Below are positions 19,558 to 28,984 of a stretch of DNA of 64,000 nt, piece by piece. The notes beneath the pieces are model-generated. The model saw nothing but the letters and a program-made list of their open reading frames with translations, was not told where the DNA came from and did not search any database. The first letter of the stretch is position 1, and the number at the start of each line of letters is the position of its first letter. This stretch comes from a virus (Duplodnaviria > Heunggongvirae > Uroviricota > Caudoviricetes). The stretch lies in IMG/VR virus record IMGVR_UViG_3300027601_000004, one strand, 5' to 3'. The position numbers and the translations under genes were made by a program.

Positions 19558-20511
19558 ATGATTGAATCACGTGATGATTTGTTTCTTTGGGTAGAGAAAT
19601 ATCGCCCACAGAAAATTGATGATTGTGTTCTCCCTGAATCGTTGAAACAGACATTCAGGGAATATGTATCTAAAGGACAGCTACCAACATTTTTGTTCTG
19701 CGGAACAGCTGGTGTTGGTAAGACTACTATTGCCAAAGCACTTTGCAATGAAGTCGGAGCAGACTTTATTATGATTAACGGATCTGATGAAGGTCGTTCA
19801 ATTGACACTCTGCGAACTACAATCAAGAACTTTGCTTCTACTGTATCCCTGACTGACGCCAAGAAAGTAGTTATCGTTGACGAAGCAGACTATATGAATG
19901 CAGAGTCAGTGCAACCTGCTCTTCGTAACTTTATTGAGCAGTTCTCTGGCAACTGTTCTTTTATCTTCACCTGTAACTTTAAGAACCGAATCATTGAACC
20001 ATTGCATAGTCGTTGTGCTGTGATTGAATTCAAGATTGAATCTAAAGACAAGCAGGAAATTGCTGCAACATTCTTCAAGCGTGCAGCGCAGATTCTCAAA
20101 CAAGAGAATATTGAGTTTGATCCAAAGGTGGTTTCTGAACTCATCATTAAACACTTCCCTGACTATCGTCGTATCCTGAACGAACTTCAGCGTTACTCTG
20201 TTTCTGGTAAGATTGATTCTGGTATCCTTATCAATGCCAGTGCAGAATCTTACAAACAACTTGTCAAAGATATGAAGGAAAAGAACTTCGGTGAAGTTCG
20301 CAAGTGGGTTGGAAAGAATAGCGAGTTGGGTACTGCTCCATTGTTTCGTGAGTTGTATGATAATGCAGTTGGCAACATGCAAGAAGTGAGCATTCCTCAG
20401 TTGATTCTTATTCTTGCAGACTATCAATATAAAGCAGCATTCGTAGCAGACCAAGAGATAAATATTATGGCAGCACTGACTGAAGTTATGGCTCAGTGTA
20501 AATTCAAATAA
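19558..20511 (+). CDS. 44: Clamp loader large subunit gp44.
   Basis: Walker A GTAGVGKTT, DEAD-like VIVDEAD, and SRC-type clamp-loader motifs. Confidence 0.92.
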   Translation: MIESRDDLFLWVEKYRPQKIDDCVLPESLKQTFREYVSKGQLPTFLFCGTAGVGKTTIAKALCNEVGADFIMINGSDEGRSIDTLRTTIKNFASTVSLTDAKKVVIVDEADYMNAESVQPALRNFIEQFSGNCSFIFTCNFKNRIIEPLHSRCAVIEFKIESKDKQEIAATFFKRAAQILKQENIEFDPKVVSELIIKHFPDYRRILNELQRYSVSGKIDSGILINASAESYKQLVKDMKEKNFGEVRKWVGKNSELGTAPLFRELYDNAVGNMQEVSIPQLILILADYQYKAAFVADQEINIMAALTEVMAQCKFK

Positions 20512-20520
20512 GGATATGAT

Positions 20521-20856
20521 ATGGAACTACTCATATACATTTTGGTCGCCTTTATGCTTGTTCGTCTTGGTTGGTATCTCAGAGAATTTAAAGCGATTGC
20601 TGAAGTTAGAAAAATGCAGCAAGAAGAAACTCTTGAGGTATTACAAGAACACATTGATGAAATAAAAAAGAAATACCTGCCAATTAAAATTGAGAAGGTA
20701 GATCATGGATATTTTGTATATTCACTTCCCGATAATACATTTATGGCTCAGGGAACTAATCGCAAAGAACTAGAAGAAAACTTGGATAAAAGATATCCAG
20801 GTAAAAAGTTCGCAGCGACTCCTGATAATTTGAAAGAAGTCGGGTTTGATTCATGA
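20521..20856 (+). CDS. Hypothetical protein with an N-terminal TM helix.
   Basis: ORF between gp44 and gp62. Confidence 0.4.
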   Translation: MELLIYILVAFMLVRLGWYLREFKAIAEVRKMQQEETLEVLQEHIDEIKKKYLPIKIEKVDHGYFVYSLPDNTFMAQGTNRKELEENLDKRYPGKKFAATPDNLKEVGFDS

Positions 20857-21230
20857 GTCCATTTGATTATATTAATGCAATAAATTTCACCAAACAAAAC
20901 CTATTCGAAGATCCCCAAGCACATAAGGATTATAATGCTTGGATCGTGAATAAAGGGTTGTCTTATTTTCCAGATACCCTATTGTACGCCAACGAGATGA
21001 ATCGCCATTATGGGATTCCAAAGAACTGGCAATTTTCGTTTTTGCTAAATAGTATTACTAAAAAGAAAAGATTCAGTAAATGGTCTAAGAAGGATGCCAT
21101 TTCTGAGTCTTTACGTTTAGTGAAAGAATACTATGGGTATTCTAACGAAAAGGCTAAACAGGCATTGAGTGTATTGTCTGATGAGCAGTTGGCTATGATA
21201 GAACAAAAATTATATAAAGGTGGAAAATAA
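20853..21230 (+). CDS. 62: Clamp loader small subunit gp62.
   Basis: LSYFPDT...NW.FSFLLNSITKKKRFSKWSKK parallels T4 gp62 LSQFPEC...AAVPRGKRYGKWAKL; the 44-62-regA order is conserved. Confidence 0.65.
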   Translation: MSPFDYINAINFTKQNLFEDPQAHKDYNAWIVNKGLSYFPDTLLYANEMNRHYGIPKNWQFSFLLNSITKKKRFSKWSKKDAISESLRLVKEYYGYSNEKAKQALSVLSDEQLAMIEQKLYKGGK

Positions 21231-21232
21231 TC

Positions 21233-21652
21233 ATGACTGTTGAAATGATTTACTACGACTGGACGCCAGAGTCCATGCTTGAAGTGACTTTACCTGAACC
21301 TGACAACTTTCTGAAGGTTCGTGAGACACTTACCCGCATCGGGATCGCATCCAGAAAAGAAAAGAAATTATATCAATCCTGCCATATTTTACATAAGCAG
21401 GGTAGATACTTTATCGTTCACTTCAAAGAACTATTTGCTTTGGATGGTAAAGAATCGAATATCACTTCTGGTGATATTGAGAGAAGAAATGCTATTGCAA
21501 CATTGTTGGAAGACTGGGAACTGTTGAAGATTCTTGATTCTAAACGTGCTGACCCTAAAGCATCTCTATCTCAAATTAAAGTGGTCTCTTATAAAGAGAA
21601 AGATGAATGGGAATTAGTCCCTAAATATAACATTGGTAAGAAGGTAAAATAA
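21233..21652 (+). CDS. regA: Translational repressor RegA.
   Basis: FLKVRETLTRIGIASRKEKKLYQSCHILHKQGRYFIVHFKELF is nearly co-linear with T4 RegA FLKVKETLTRMGIANNKDKVLYQSCHILQKKGLYYIVHFKEML. Confidence 0.92.
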   Translation: MTVEMIYYDWTPESMLEVTLPEPDNFLKVRETLTRIGIASRKEKKLYQSCHILHKQGRYFIVHFKELFALDGKESNITSGDIERRNAIATLLEDWELLKILDSKRADPKASLSQIKVVSYKEKDEWELVPKYNIGKKVK

Positions 21653-21653
21653 C

Positions 21654-21830
21654 ATGATTAAACTTGAACTAACAGTTGACGAATGCAATTTGATTCTGCG
21701 TGTACTTGGTAAACATCCATTTGAGGAAGTTGTAACCCTAATCAGCAAAATCAAGCAACAGGGTGAACCACAGGTAGAAGAAATTATTAAGCAACAAGAA
21801 GCTGCTGCTACAGAACTTCCTGCTGCCTAA
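21654..21830 (+). CDS. Small hypothetical protein (58 aa).
   Basis: ATG right after the regA stop; acidic. Confidence 0.3.
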   Translation: MIKLELTVDECNLILRVLGKHPFEEVVTLISKIKQQGEPQVEEIIKQQEAAATELPAA

Positions 21831-22040
21831 ATAGATTTACCCATGCAAGTACGCATCCCTCGGGATGGGACATGGTGGTAGTAACCATGTAAAACACTAC
21901 CAAGAATTCACCTTAGGACCGCTAAGTTACGAATCGTTGGTAAAGCTGTCAGTACGTTAAGCTGTCGCTGGAACCAGTAACCAGCATTAACGCTATGCCT
22001 TCGGGGTAGCAATTTTAAACTCGCTGAAAAGGAGAACAAT
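21831..22040 (+). other. GC-rich structured noncoding region; candidate small RNA or structured leader.
   Basis: 210 nt with no ORF, noticeably more GC-rich than its flanks; contains several stable hairpins including a C(UUCG)G-type tetraloop. Confidence 0.3.
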
Positions 22041-22265
22041 ATGTTATCAGCATTAAACACATCTATCGATACTGTATCAGGTATCAAAACTCAATTCGTT
22101 AAGACTTTCGTTCAAAACGAAGAAGTAGCAAAATCCCTCCAAACTTACATCGATGCTCAGCAATCATTTGCTAAGACTGTCGCTAAATCAACTGTAGATT
22201 TTTTCACTACAGTAGGTACAGCAGCAACTTCATTTGATGCTAAGAAAGTATTCGGAACTAAGTAA
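22041..22265 (+). CDS. Hypothetical 74-aa protein.
   Basis: ORF with an AAAAGGAG RBS. Confidence 0.45.
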   Translation: MLSALNTSIDTVSGIKTQFVKTFVQNEEVAKSLQTYIDAQQSFAKTVAKSTVDFFTTVGTAATSFDAKKVFGTK

Positions 22266-22274
22266 GGAGAACAT

Positions 22275-22752
22275 TATGAATCGTCAATTTATCCCAAACT
22301 TGTGGAATGATAAAGAACTAGAAAAATTCTTTATTGGATTTGATAAGACTCTTTCTCAATATAAAGAGATGCATGATCAGATCACCAAAAATATTCCTAA
22401 CTATCCTCCATACAACATTCGTAAGAACAGTGAGAACTCATATACAATCGAATTGGCTGTAGCTGGTTTCTCTAAGCAAGACATCGATATCGAGATTGAT
22501 GGTGGCAAGTTAGTAATCAAAGGTAATGTTAATAGCGTATCTGATGATGAAAACTTTGTATTTAAGGGTATTGCTAATCGTGCGTTCACTCGTTGGTTTG
22601 CTCTTGAAGATAATGTAGAAGTTAAAGACGCAGAACTTTTTAATGGTATGTTGAAGATTGCTTTAGAGCGTCTAACACCTGAAGAAAGTAAACCAAAGAA
22701 AGTTGCTATTAAGTCTAAAGGTGAGAAACAATTATTGAATGAGGAGAAATAA
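22275..22752 (+). CDS. hsp20: Small heat shock protein (Hsp20 / alpha-crystallin family).
   Basis: Alpha-crystallin domain pattern (IELAVAGF..DI.IE......I.G) and an AAGGAG RBS. Confidence 0.85.
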
Positions 22753-22965
22753 ATGAAATCATTTTTCCGACATGTCTATGTTGTTTTAAAGGGAATTGGC
22801 TATGCTCGTGCTGCTGCAGATGCTGCTCGCAATGGTAATCGTGAGCGAGCAACTAAGTTGATGCAGGAGTATGGGAAATGCAAGTAAACAATTGGATTCC
22901 CATGACCGATGAAGATTGGGATTGGGTAAACGGTAAAACGCCACAACCAGTTAAATCATAGAAAC

Positions 22966-22987
22966 TAGGGAATCTTCGGATTCCCTA
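22966..22987 (+). terminator. Stable hairpin (9-bp stem, UUCG loop); possible terminator or processing site.
   Basis: TAGGGAATC-TTCG-GATTCCCTA followed by a weak AATAATTT tail. Confidence 0.35.
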
Positions 22988-22997
22988 AATAATTTCT

Positions 22998-23210
22998 ATG
23001 ATGAAAGCAAAAATCTCACCAAATCTAATATCCTTCGTCACGATCCGTCGTGGCAATTGGGTTATGAAAATATCTGTGTATAAAACCAGATATGTGTTAT
23101 TAGTTGCACAACATTATTATGATAAGGAAAGATTTATTATTCAAGAATTTCCAGATCATGACCAAGCAGCATCGTTTATTGATTTTTTAGCGGAGAGTGA
23201 AAATGATTAA
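22998..23210 (+). CDS. Hypothetical protein (70 aa).
   Basis: ORF only. Confidence 0.3.
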   Translation: MMKAKISPNLISFVTIRRGNWVMKISVYKTRYVLLVAQHYYDKERFIIQEFPDHDQAASFIDFLAESEND

Positions 23211-23481
23211 AGTGTTTAAGTTATTGAATGGCGAAGAAATAATTGCAAAAGTAGAAGCGTCTGGTGTTGGATATTCTATGAAAGATCCAGCAGCAATTGT
23301 TATACAACAAACAGCACAAGGAGTTGGTGTTGCTCTTGCTCCTTATATGCCATATGCTAATGGTGATATCACCCTATACTCATCGTCAATAGGAACAGAA
23401 GGTTCTCCAACAGTAGCTATGGAGAATGAATACAACCGAATCTTCGGCTCTGGTATTCAGATCGCATCTTCCTTCAAATAA
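23197..23481 (+). CDS. Hypothetical protein (94 aa).
   Basis: ORF with ATGA overlap to the upstream gene. Confidence 0.4.
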   Translation: MKMIKVFKLLNGEEIIAKVEASGVGYSMKDPAAIVIQQTAQGVGVALAPYMPYANGDITLYSSSIGTEGSPTVAMENEYNRIFGSGIQIASSFK

Positions 23482-23483
23482 AA

Positions 23484-23536
23484 CCCTACGTTCTGTAGGG
23501 GTATTTACAGCCCAAGACCCTCTCTGATAGAGGGTC
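23484..23536 (+). repeat. Tandem hairpin pair (CCCTAC-gttct-GTAGGG then GACCCTCT-ctgat-AGAGGGTC).
   Basis: Second copy of the two-hairpin element, immediately after a stop codon. Confidence 0.7.
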
Positions 23537-23611
23537 GACACACATAAAAACTCCAGTAAAATCAAGGAGTTACAATCCCCTACAACCCAAAGGGTTATCC
23601 AAAAAAAATAC

Positions 23612-23640
23612 TTTACAATAATTCAGGTTTGGTGTATAAT
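23612..23640 (+). promoter_or_regulatory. T4-type early promoter TTTACA-17-TATAAT carrying the conserved TTTACAATAATTCA -35 block.
   Basis: Exact spacing; the downstream leader is near-identical to the one at 62506-62535. Confidence 0.7.
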
Positions 23641-23673
23641 AGTCTTATGATGAATGAAAAAGGAAACCTGATT

Positions 23674-23928
23674 ATGAAAAAGTCTGTCAAAAAGCAAATC
23701 GTTGCTACTATCTACAATGTCCCTGTTCGTACCAAAGCTGAATCTCGTGCTGAATCTGAAAAAGCGATTGCAGCATTCCTTCGCTCTGGTGGCGTGATTC
23801 AAGTTGACTCACGTAAACGTCGTGAACCCAAAGCCAAGATGACTGGCAAAAATTCACGTGGCTTTTGTGGTGGTACCAGTGGGTTTGCTTCGGGAATGCC
23901 ACGTAAGACAACTTTTAGTTTGGTTTAA
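23674..23928 (+). CDS. Hypothetical basic protein (84 aa).
   Basis: AAAAAGGAAAC RBS; ATG chosen by analogy with the duplicated leader at 62536. Confidence 0.45.
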   Translation: MKKSVKKQIVATIYNVPVRTKAESRAESEKAIAAFLRSGGVIQVDSRKRREPKAKMTGKNSRGFCGGTSGFASGMPRKTTFSLV

Positions 23929-23947
23929 TTTTTAGGAGATCTATATT

Positions 23948-24271
23948 ATGAAACTTGTTATTCGCACTCAGTATATGGAAAATTATGGTGCCCACGATTG
24001 GGATGGCGAGGGTGAGTGTCCCCAGTATTGGAAGATGAAAGGTGGCTCTGAGTATATGATTGAAGGTGTGCCACTAAACATCGACTACGCAGAAGTTGTT
24101 GCTGCTGCAGATGTGGAAAAGAATAACGAGTATTGTCGTGAGTATATCCTCGACTGGTCTTTGGAGAGTGATGACTATATGTCATGGTTCGAGAAGTCGC
24201 AGTTGGAGTATGATGGTAAAGTTGCTTGTCCTGAGCCACGCATTGATTACAATGAATTGGTGGCAGCATGA
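23948..24271 (+). CDS. Hypothetical acidic protein (107 aa).
   Basis: ORF with an AGGAG RBS. Confidence 0.45.
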   Translation: MKLVIRTQYMENYGAHDWDGEGECPQYWKMKGGSEYMIEGVPLNIDYAEVVAAADVEKNNEYCREYILDWSLESDDYMSWFEKSQLEYDGKVACPEPRIDYNELVAA

Positions 24272-24612
24272 TTCTCGCTAAAGAGATTACCGTATGGGAT
24301 GTTGAGTATCGTCAACCAAACCATACATACCTCATGAATAATTCAATGGATAAAATCATTGGGTACTTTAAGTGGAACAATCCAAAAGATTTTATGAAGT
24401 TCAAGAAACCTTTGGGATTCGATACTCGGTATCGGAAGTTTCAAATAATTAAACGCTATGAAGAGAAGACATCTAATAAACGATGGAAAATTCTTGGTAG
24501 TAAAGACCATGTGTATTATGTAGAAGAAACTGAGTCTGGTATGTCTTGTACTTGCATCGGTTACAAATATCATGGAAAATGTAAACATATTGAAGGAATT
24601 AAAAGTGAATAA
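24268..24612 (+). CDS. SWIM-type zinc-finger protein.
   Basis: C-terminal CTCIGYKYHGKCKHIEG fits the SWIM CxCx(n)CxH pattern. Confidence 0.5.
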   Translation: MILAKEITVWDVEYRQPNHTYLMNNSMDKIIGYFKWNNPKDFMKFKKPLGFDTRYRKFQIIKRYEEKTSNKRWKILGSKDHVYYVEETESGMSCTCIGYKYHGKCKHIEGIKSE

Positions 24613-24619
24613 ATTTGCA

Positions 24620-24904
24620 ATGAATAAAATTACTTCGGAGAAGCAAAAAGAAATTATGCTTATCTGCCAAGAGGAATGTGCAGAAGTTACACAAGCAATC
24701 AGTAAGGTGTTTCGTTTCGGGATTGATGGCGAACACAATGGTGCAACTAATCGTGAACGTCTTGAAGAAGAGATCGGTGATTTGCTTTGTATGATCGAGA
24801 TGATGATTGAAGAACAAATTATTGATGGTAATGCAGTGGCTCAAGCAGGAATTAAAAAGAAAGAGAAACTTGCTAAGTGGTCAAACATTAAGGTGGCAGC
24901 ATAA
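24620..24904 (+). CDS. mazG: MazG-like nucleotide pyrophosphohydrolase.
   Basis: EExxE (QEECAEVTQAI) and EEIGDLL motifs of the MazG/NTP-PPase fold. Confidence 0.7.
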   Translation: MNKITSEKQKEIMLICQEECAEVTQAISKVFRFGIDGEHNGATNRERLEEEIGDLLCMIEMMIEEQIIDGNAVAQAGIKKKEKLAKWSNIKVAA

Positions 24905-26200
24905 ATGAATCTGAATAAGTTTTTCGAGAGTCTTGCGAGTAATAACTCACGCAACTTCAAGATCGAGCAACTAAACGCACATAGCGATAACGAAGTGCTA
25001 CGTGAGGTTGTTCGCAAGACTCTCGACCCGTTCACTCAGTTTTACATCCGTAAGATTCCTGAGTATACACCAAATACTGGTGATGGAATCTCTCTCAAGT
25101 TTGCCATGGATTCAATCGGTGATTTGACTAAACGATTGGTCACTGGTAATGCTGGTATCGACCATCTGCGTGCGAATCTTGAAGCACTAAACGCAGACGA
25201 TGCTAAAGTACTTGAGCGTATCATCGCTAAAGACTTGAAGTGTGGTGTTGATGTGTCAACAGCAAACAAGGTATGGAAGAATTTGATTTTTGAATATCCT
25301 GTTATGCTCTGTTCACCATTCGAACAGAAGCTGGTTGATAAAATTAAATTCCCTGCTTTCGTGCAAACTAAAATGGATGGTATGCGATTCAATGCTATCG
25401 TTCGTTCTGGTAAGTGTGAGTTTCGTTCACGCAATGGTAAAGAGATTGACTTGTTGGGTAATCTCGAAGAAGATTTCATTGTCATGGCTAACGGACAAGA
25501 TTGCGTGTTTGATGGCGAGTTGCTCGTCAAAGATAAAGGTATCATCCTAGATCGTCAGACTGGTAATGGTATTTTGAATAAAGCCAACAAGGGTACTATC
25601 AAAACTGATGAAGCACGCAAGGTTCATGCCACAGTATGGGATTTGATTCCGTATGATGCGTTTACTAAAGGTGAATGTCTTGTTCCTTACGGACAACGAT
25701 TTGATTCTCTTTGTGTAATGCTGGATACATATCAGCCAAAGAAAGTTGGTCTTGTTGATAGCTGGGAAGTTGATGCTATCGAAGAAGCAAATACGTTGTT
25801 CGAGAAATTGCTTGCTGATGGCCAAGAAGGTATCATCCTGAAATGTCGCAAAGGTATCTGGGAAGATAAACGTAGCAAGACTCAGATTAAATTCAAAGGC
25901 GAACTCGAGTGCGACTTGAAGATTGTTGCAGTGGAAGAGGGTAAGGGTAAAGCTGCAGGAATGCTTGGTGCGATTGTTTGCGAATCTGCCGATGGTGTTG
26001 TAAAAGTTAATGTTGGCTCTGGCTTTACTGAGGAACATCGCAAGAATTATTGGAAAGAAAATTTAGTTGACAAAATTGTAGCTATCAAGTATAATATGAG
26101 AATAAAGAATAAACAAGGTGAGGATAGTTTGTTCCTTCCAGTGTTTATTGAACTTCGTGATGATAAAACTGTTGCAGATACCAGCAAGGTGATTAAATGA
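24905..26200 (+). CDS. ATP-dependent DNA ligase.
   Basis: Motif I KMDGMR, motif III FDGELLV, motif IV EGIILK, motif V KFKG. Confidence 0.85.
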   Translation: MNLNKFFESLASNNSRNFKIEQLNAHSDNEVLREVVRKTLDPFTQFYIRKIPEYTPNTGDGISLKFAMDSIGDLTKRLVTGNAGIDHLRANLEALNADDAKVLERIIAKDLKCGVDVSTANKVWKNLIFEYPVMLCSPFEQKLVDKIKFPAFVQTKMDGMRFNAIVRSGKCEFRSRNGKEIDLLGNLEEDFIVMANGQDCVFDGELLVKDKGIILDRQTGNGILNKANKGTIKTDEARKVHATVWDLIPYDAFTKGECLVPYGQRFDSLCVMLDTYQPKKVGLVDSWEVDAIEEANTLFEKLLADGQEGIILKCRKGIWEDKRSKTQIKFKGELECDLKIVAVEEGKGKAAGMLGAIVCESADGVVKVNVGSGFTEEHRKNYWKENLVDKIVAIKYNMRIKNKQGEDSLFLPVFIELRDDKTVADTSKVIK

Positions 26201-26412
26201 TACTAGAAAGTAAACTAGGGCAGAAAAGATTTTTCAACCCAAAGAGTAAACAAGATCTTGACTCATATAGAAAGTTTTTGAAAACTGGTGGTTGGGGTTC
26301 TAGTGGTTGTCCTTTCTTTCTTGTGTTTCCATATATGACAATCCCACATATGATTCAGGATAAAATTATACATAGAGTATTAGGAGTTAAAAATGACAAG
26401 AGTAGCTATTAA
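26197..26412 (+). CDS. Hypothetical (71 aa).
   Basis: ORF with ATGA overlap. Confidence 0.3.
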   Translation: MILESKLGQKRFFNPKSKQDLDSYRKFLKTGGWGSSGCPFFLVFPYMTIPHMIQDKIIHRVLGVKNDKSSY

Positions 26413-26761
26413 TCGTTGCTTCGGTGGGTTTGGTTTGAGTGATACAGCGTTCGAGAAGTTGCTTGAACGTAAAGGTATTGCATTTGAGAAGGAAGAAGAT
26501 CCAACCAAAGGAAAAATCTTTGGTGTTACATATTGGAAAGACGGTATGTGTGGCAAAGATGATGGTTATCTCAGTTACTATGAGTTCTGTGAAGATCGTT
26601 CAGACCCAGACTTGATTGCTGTGATTGAAGAGATGGGTAGTGCTGCCAATGGTTTCGCAGCAGAGATTGCTATTGTAGATATTCCCGATGGTGTTGAGTG
26701 GCACATTCATGAGTATGATGGTATTGAGCATGTGGCAGAAAACCACAGAACATGGAGTTGA
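26393..26761 (+). CDS. Hypothetical (122 aa).
   Basis: ORF. Confidence 0.4.
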   Translation: MTRVAINRCFGGFGLSDTAFEKLLERKGIAFEKEEDPTKGKIFGVTYWKDGMCGKDDGYLSYYEFCEDRSDPDLIAVIEEMGSAANGFAAEIAIVDIPDGVEWHIHEYDGIEHVAENHRTWS

Positions 26762-26762
26762 T

Positions 26763-26918
26763 ATGGTGGATTTAGAAGAAATTAGATTAGCTCGTACACT
26801 CGGAAGAGTGATTGAAGAAGAAATACGTAAAGGTAATAAACTTCCTGATGAAGTTCTTAGAGCGTATGAAGAGTTGTATAGGTTTTGGCAATATCAAATG
26901 AGTAGAGAATTATCATGA
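26763..26918 (+). CDS. Small hypothetical (51 aa).
   Basis: ATG 2 nt after the upstream stop; the longer annotated ORF starts inside the previous gene. Confidence 0.3.
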   Translation: MVDLEEIRLARTLGRVIEEEIRKGNKLPDEVLRAYEELYRFWQYQMSRELS

Positions 26919-27442
26919 GAAAAGAATTAGACGAAGCACTATGTGCAAAGTATCCGCTTATCTTTAAAGATCGTAATGCGGATATGCGACACACAGCCAT
27001 GTGCTGGGGTTTCGAATGTGGTGATGGTTGGTATAACATCATCGATATTCTTTGTGGTTTGTTGACTTCGGAATATCGTAGCGCAAAAAGTCGATATGAT
27101 TATCTTATGGAAACAGGTGTTGGTAATGTTCTTTATGGAACAAAAACAGTAACGCAAGAAGCAATTGATGAAGCCAAAGCAAAACTGGATGAAGAAACTC
27201 TAAGGGTTCCAGTTGCTGTTCAAGTCAAAGAAAAGTTCGGTGGTCTTCGTTTCTATGTTCAGGCTGCAACTGATAAACACTATAACTACATCTCTTTTGC
27301 TGAGAGTATGAGTTATCGTACATGTGAAGAGTGTGGTGCTCCAGGTAAAACTTATACCGATGGTTGGCATCGTACTATGTGTGATATCCACGCAGCAATG
27401 GAAGGTCGTACTGAAGAATATGAGTATGAGGAGAATGAATAA
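26915..27442 (+). CDS. Hypothetical Cys-rich protein (175 aa).
   Basis: ORF; CWGFECGDGW and CEECG motifs suggest metal binding. Confidence 0.45.
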   Translation: MRKELDEALCAKYPLIFKDRNADMRHTAMCWGFECGDGWYNIIDILCGLLTSEYRSAKSRYDYLMETGVGNVLYGTKTVTQEAIDEAKAKLDEETLRVPVAVQVKEKFGGLRFYVQAATDKHYNYISFAESMSYRTCEECGAPGKTYTDGWHRTMCDIHAAMEGRTEEYEYEENE

Positions 27443-27810
27443 TGTTTTATGGTAAAGACGATGTTGAACGTCAATTCGCTCCACTTGTGAAGAAATTTCA
27501 AGAACAAGAATTGTTTTTATTTGAGCCGATGCCCAAGTACAAAGAAGGTGAGAGATGGACTGACGAATTTCGTATTCGTGATGGTCACACTAAACTCGCT
27601 GATGGATCGTGGGTGACTATTCATAAACTAACTACATATGTTGATGTGCTTCAGAAAAATACTACAAAGTTGTATGAGGAAAATCTGAAACTTAATCGTG
27701 AGTTGTTGCTTGCGAGAAGGCAAAAGCGTGAGATGGAATATGGTCTGCGTGTCGCAGGAAAAGCATTGGAGAAGTCACTTGCTATTACTAAGGAGATGAT
27801 CGATGAGTAA
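27442..27810 (+). CDS. Hypothetical coiled-coil protein (122 aa).
   Basis: ORF. Confidence 0.4.
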   Translation: MFYGKDDVERQFAPLVKKFQEQELFLFEPMPKYKEGERWTDEFRIRDGHTKLADGSWVTIHKLTTYVDVLQKNTTKLYEENLKLNRELLLARRQKREMEYGLRVAGKALEKSLAITKEMIDE

Positions 27811-28114
27811 GTTTGTTTTGGTTGAAACTATTTCTCAATATCGTATGCGTTATGTTATTGAAGTTCCTGATAACCACAATGATGGTGAATATCCTTGCAC
27901 AGCTGAACAATGGGCAGCTGATACAGTTACATCTGAAGAGATGAATGAGTTCTCGCAGTTGTGGGTAGGAGAAACAATTCTAAGCACTCGAGAGATTGCC
28001 AAAGAAGAAATTATTCCATTGGCTGATAAAGATAATGACTACACTAAAGACTGGACAGATGAACAAAAGATGAATGCATTCGTCACACCAATTGGATATA
28101 AGAGAGACTGGTAA
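27803..28114 (+). CDS. Hypothetical (103 aa).
   Basis: ORF. Confidence 0.4.
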   Translation: MSKFVLVETISQYRMRYVIEVPDNHNDGEYPCTAEQWAADTVTSEEMNEFSQLWVGETILSTREIAKEEIIPLADKDNDYTKDWTDEQKMNAFVTPIGYKRDW

Positions 28115-28680
28115 TGTTTGTATTTGATGTAGAAACTTTGGGTATCGAATCAACCTGCGTGATTTTATCTGCAGGTTTAATTTATTTCGATCCAGAGGAA
28201 CAACCTGACTATCAGAAACTTCTTGACGATGCATGTTTCGTTAAGTTAAAATCAAAAGACCAAGTTGAAAGACTTGGTCGCACCATTTCAAAAGACACAA
28301 TTGATTGGTGGAAGAATCAACACGAATATGTTCGCAAGGTTTCTTTTGATGCAAGTCCAGATGATTTAATTGCAGAAGATGCGATTAAAATTCTAAAAGA
28401 TTATATGGCGAAGTATCCTAACGCAAGTAAGCAAACTATGTGGGCACGTGGTTCTCTTGACCAAGTTGCAATAGATAGTTTGTGCGTTAAACTTGACATT
28501 AATCCGATTACCACGTATAATATGTGGAGGGACGTGAGAACTGCTGTTGATTGTTTTACTGGTTCCACGAATGGTTATTGTGAAGTCAATCACCCAACAT
28601 TTAAACGACACAGTGTAATCAAACATCATCCAGTACATGATTGTGCATTGGATGCTATGCAACTTATGTATGGTAAATAA
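28114..28680 (+). CDS. DEDDh 3'-5' exonuclease (DnaQ-like; DexA-like).
   Basis: Exo I FDVETLG; Exo III H..HDCALD. Confidence 0.6.
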   Translation: MFVFDVETLGIESTCVILSAGLIYFDPEEQPDYQKLLDDACFVKLKSKDQVERLGRTISKDTIDWWKNQHEYVRKVSFDASPDDLIAEDAIKILKDYMAKYPNASKQTMWARGSLDQVAIDSLCVKLDINPITTYNMWRDVRTAVDCFTGSTNGYCEVNHPTFKRHSVIKHHPVHDCALDAMQLMYGK

Positions 28681-28984
28681 AATCAAAATATTAAACGTAC
28701 CAATATTTCATTCGCACGACTATGCCATCGGTGGTAAGATGGTAGTGGGTAAAGCAGAGATGGATGAATCGTTTTCAACTCTATTACAAGATGGTGATGA
28801 AACAGCAATCATGCAGGTGAAAGAAAAACTAACTCGAGATATGATAAAACATATGCTCGAGAATAGACTGGTTGAGTTTACTTACTACGATGATCCAATT
28901 ACAATGAGACGATGCTTAACTGTAAGAGCATATCTTGCACCCAATGATCAAGTTAAAATTTTAAGATTAGCAAACAAAATATGA
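28670..28984 (+). CDS. Hypothetical protein upstream of the polymerase; start uncertain.
   Basis: The ORF overlaps the exonuclease end; several in-frame Met candidates. Confidence 0.3.
   Translation: MVNKIKILNVPIFHSHDYAIGGKMVVGKAEMDESFSTLLQDGDETAIMQVKEKLTRDMIKHMLENRLVEFTYYDDPITMRRCLTVRAYLAPNDQVKILRLANKI

Noticed and set aside
21831-22040. Possible tRNA gene in the GC-rich noncoding region
   Set aside because: The region contains an AGTGGTAG-like string but no T-arm (GTTCGAATC-like), no 7-bp acceptor pairing and no anticodon-stem arrangement. No tRNA-like sequence was found anywhere in the window.
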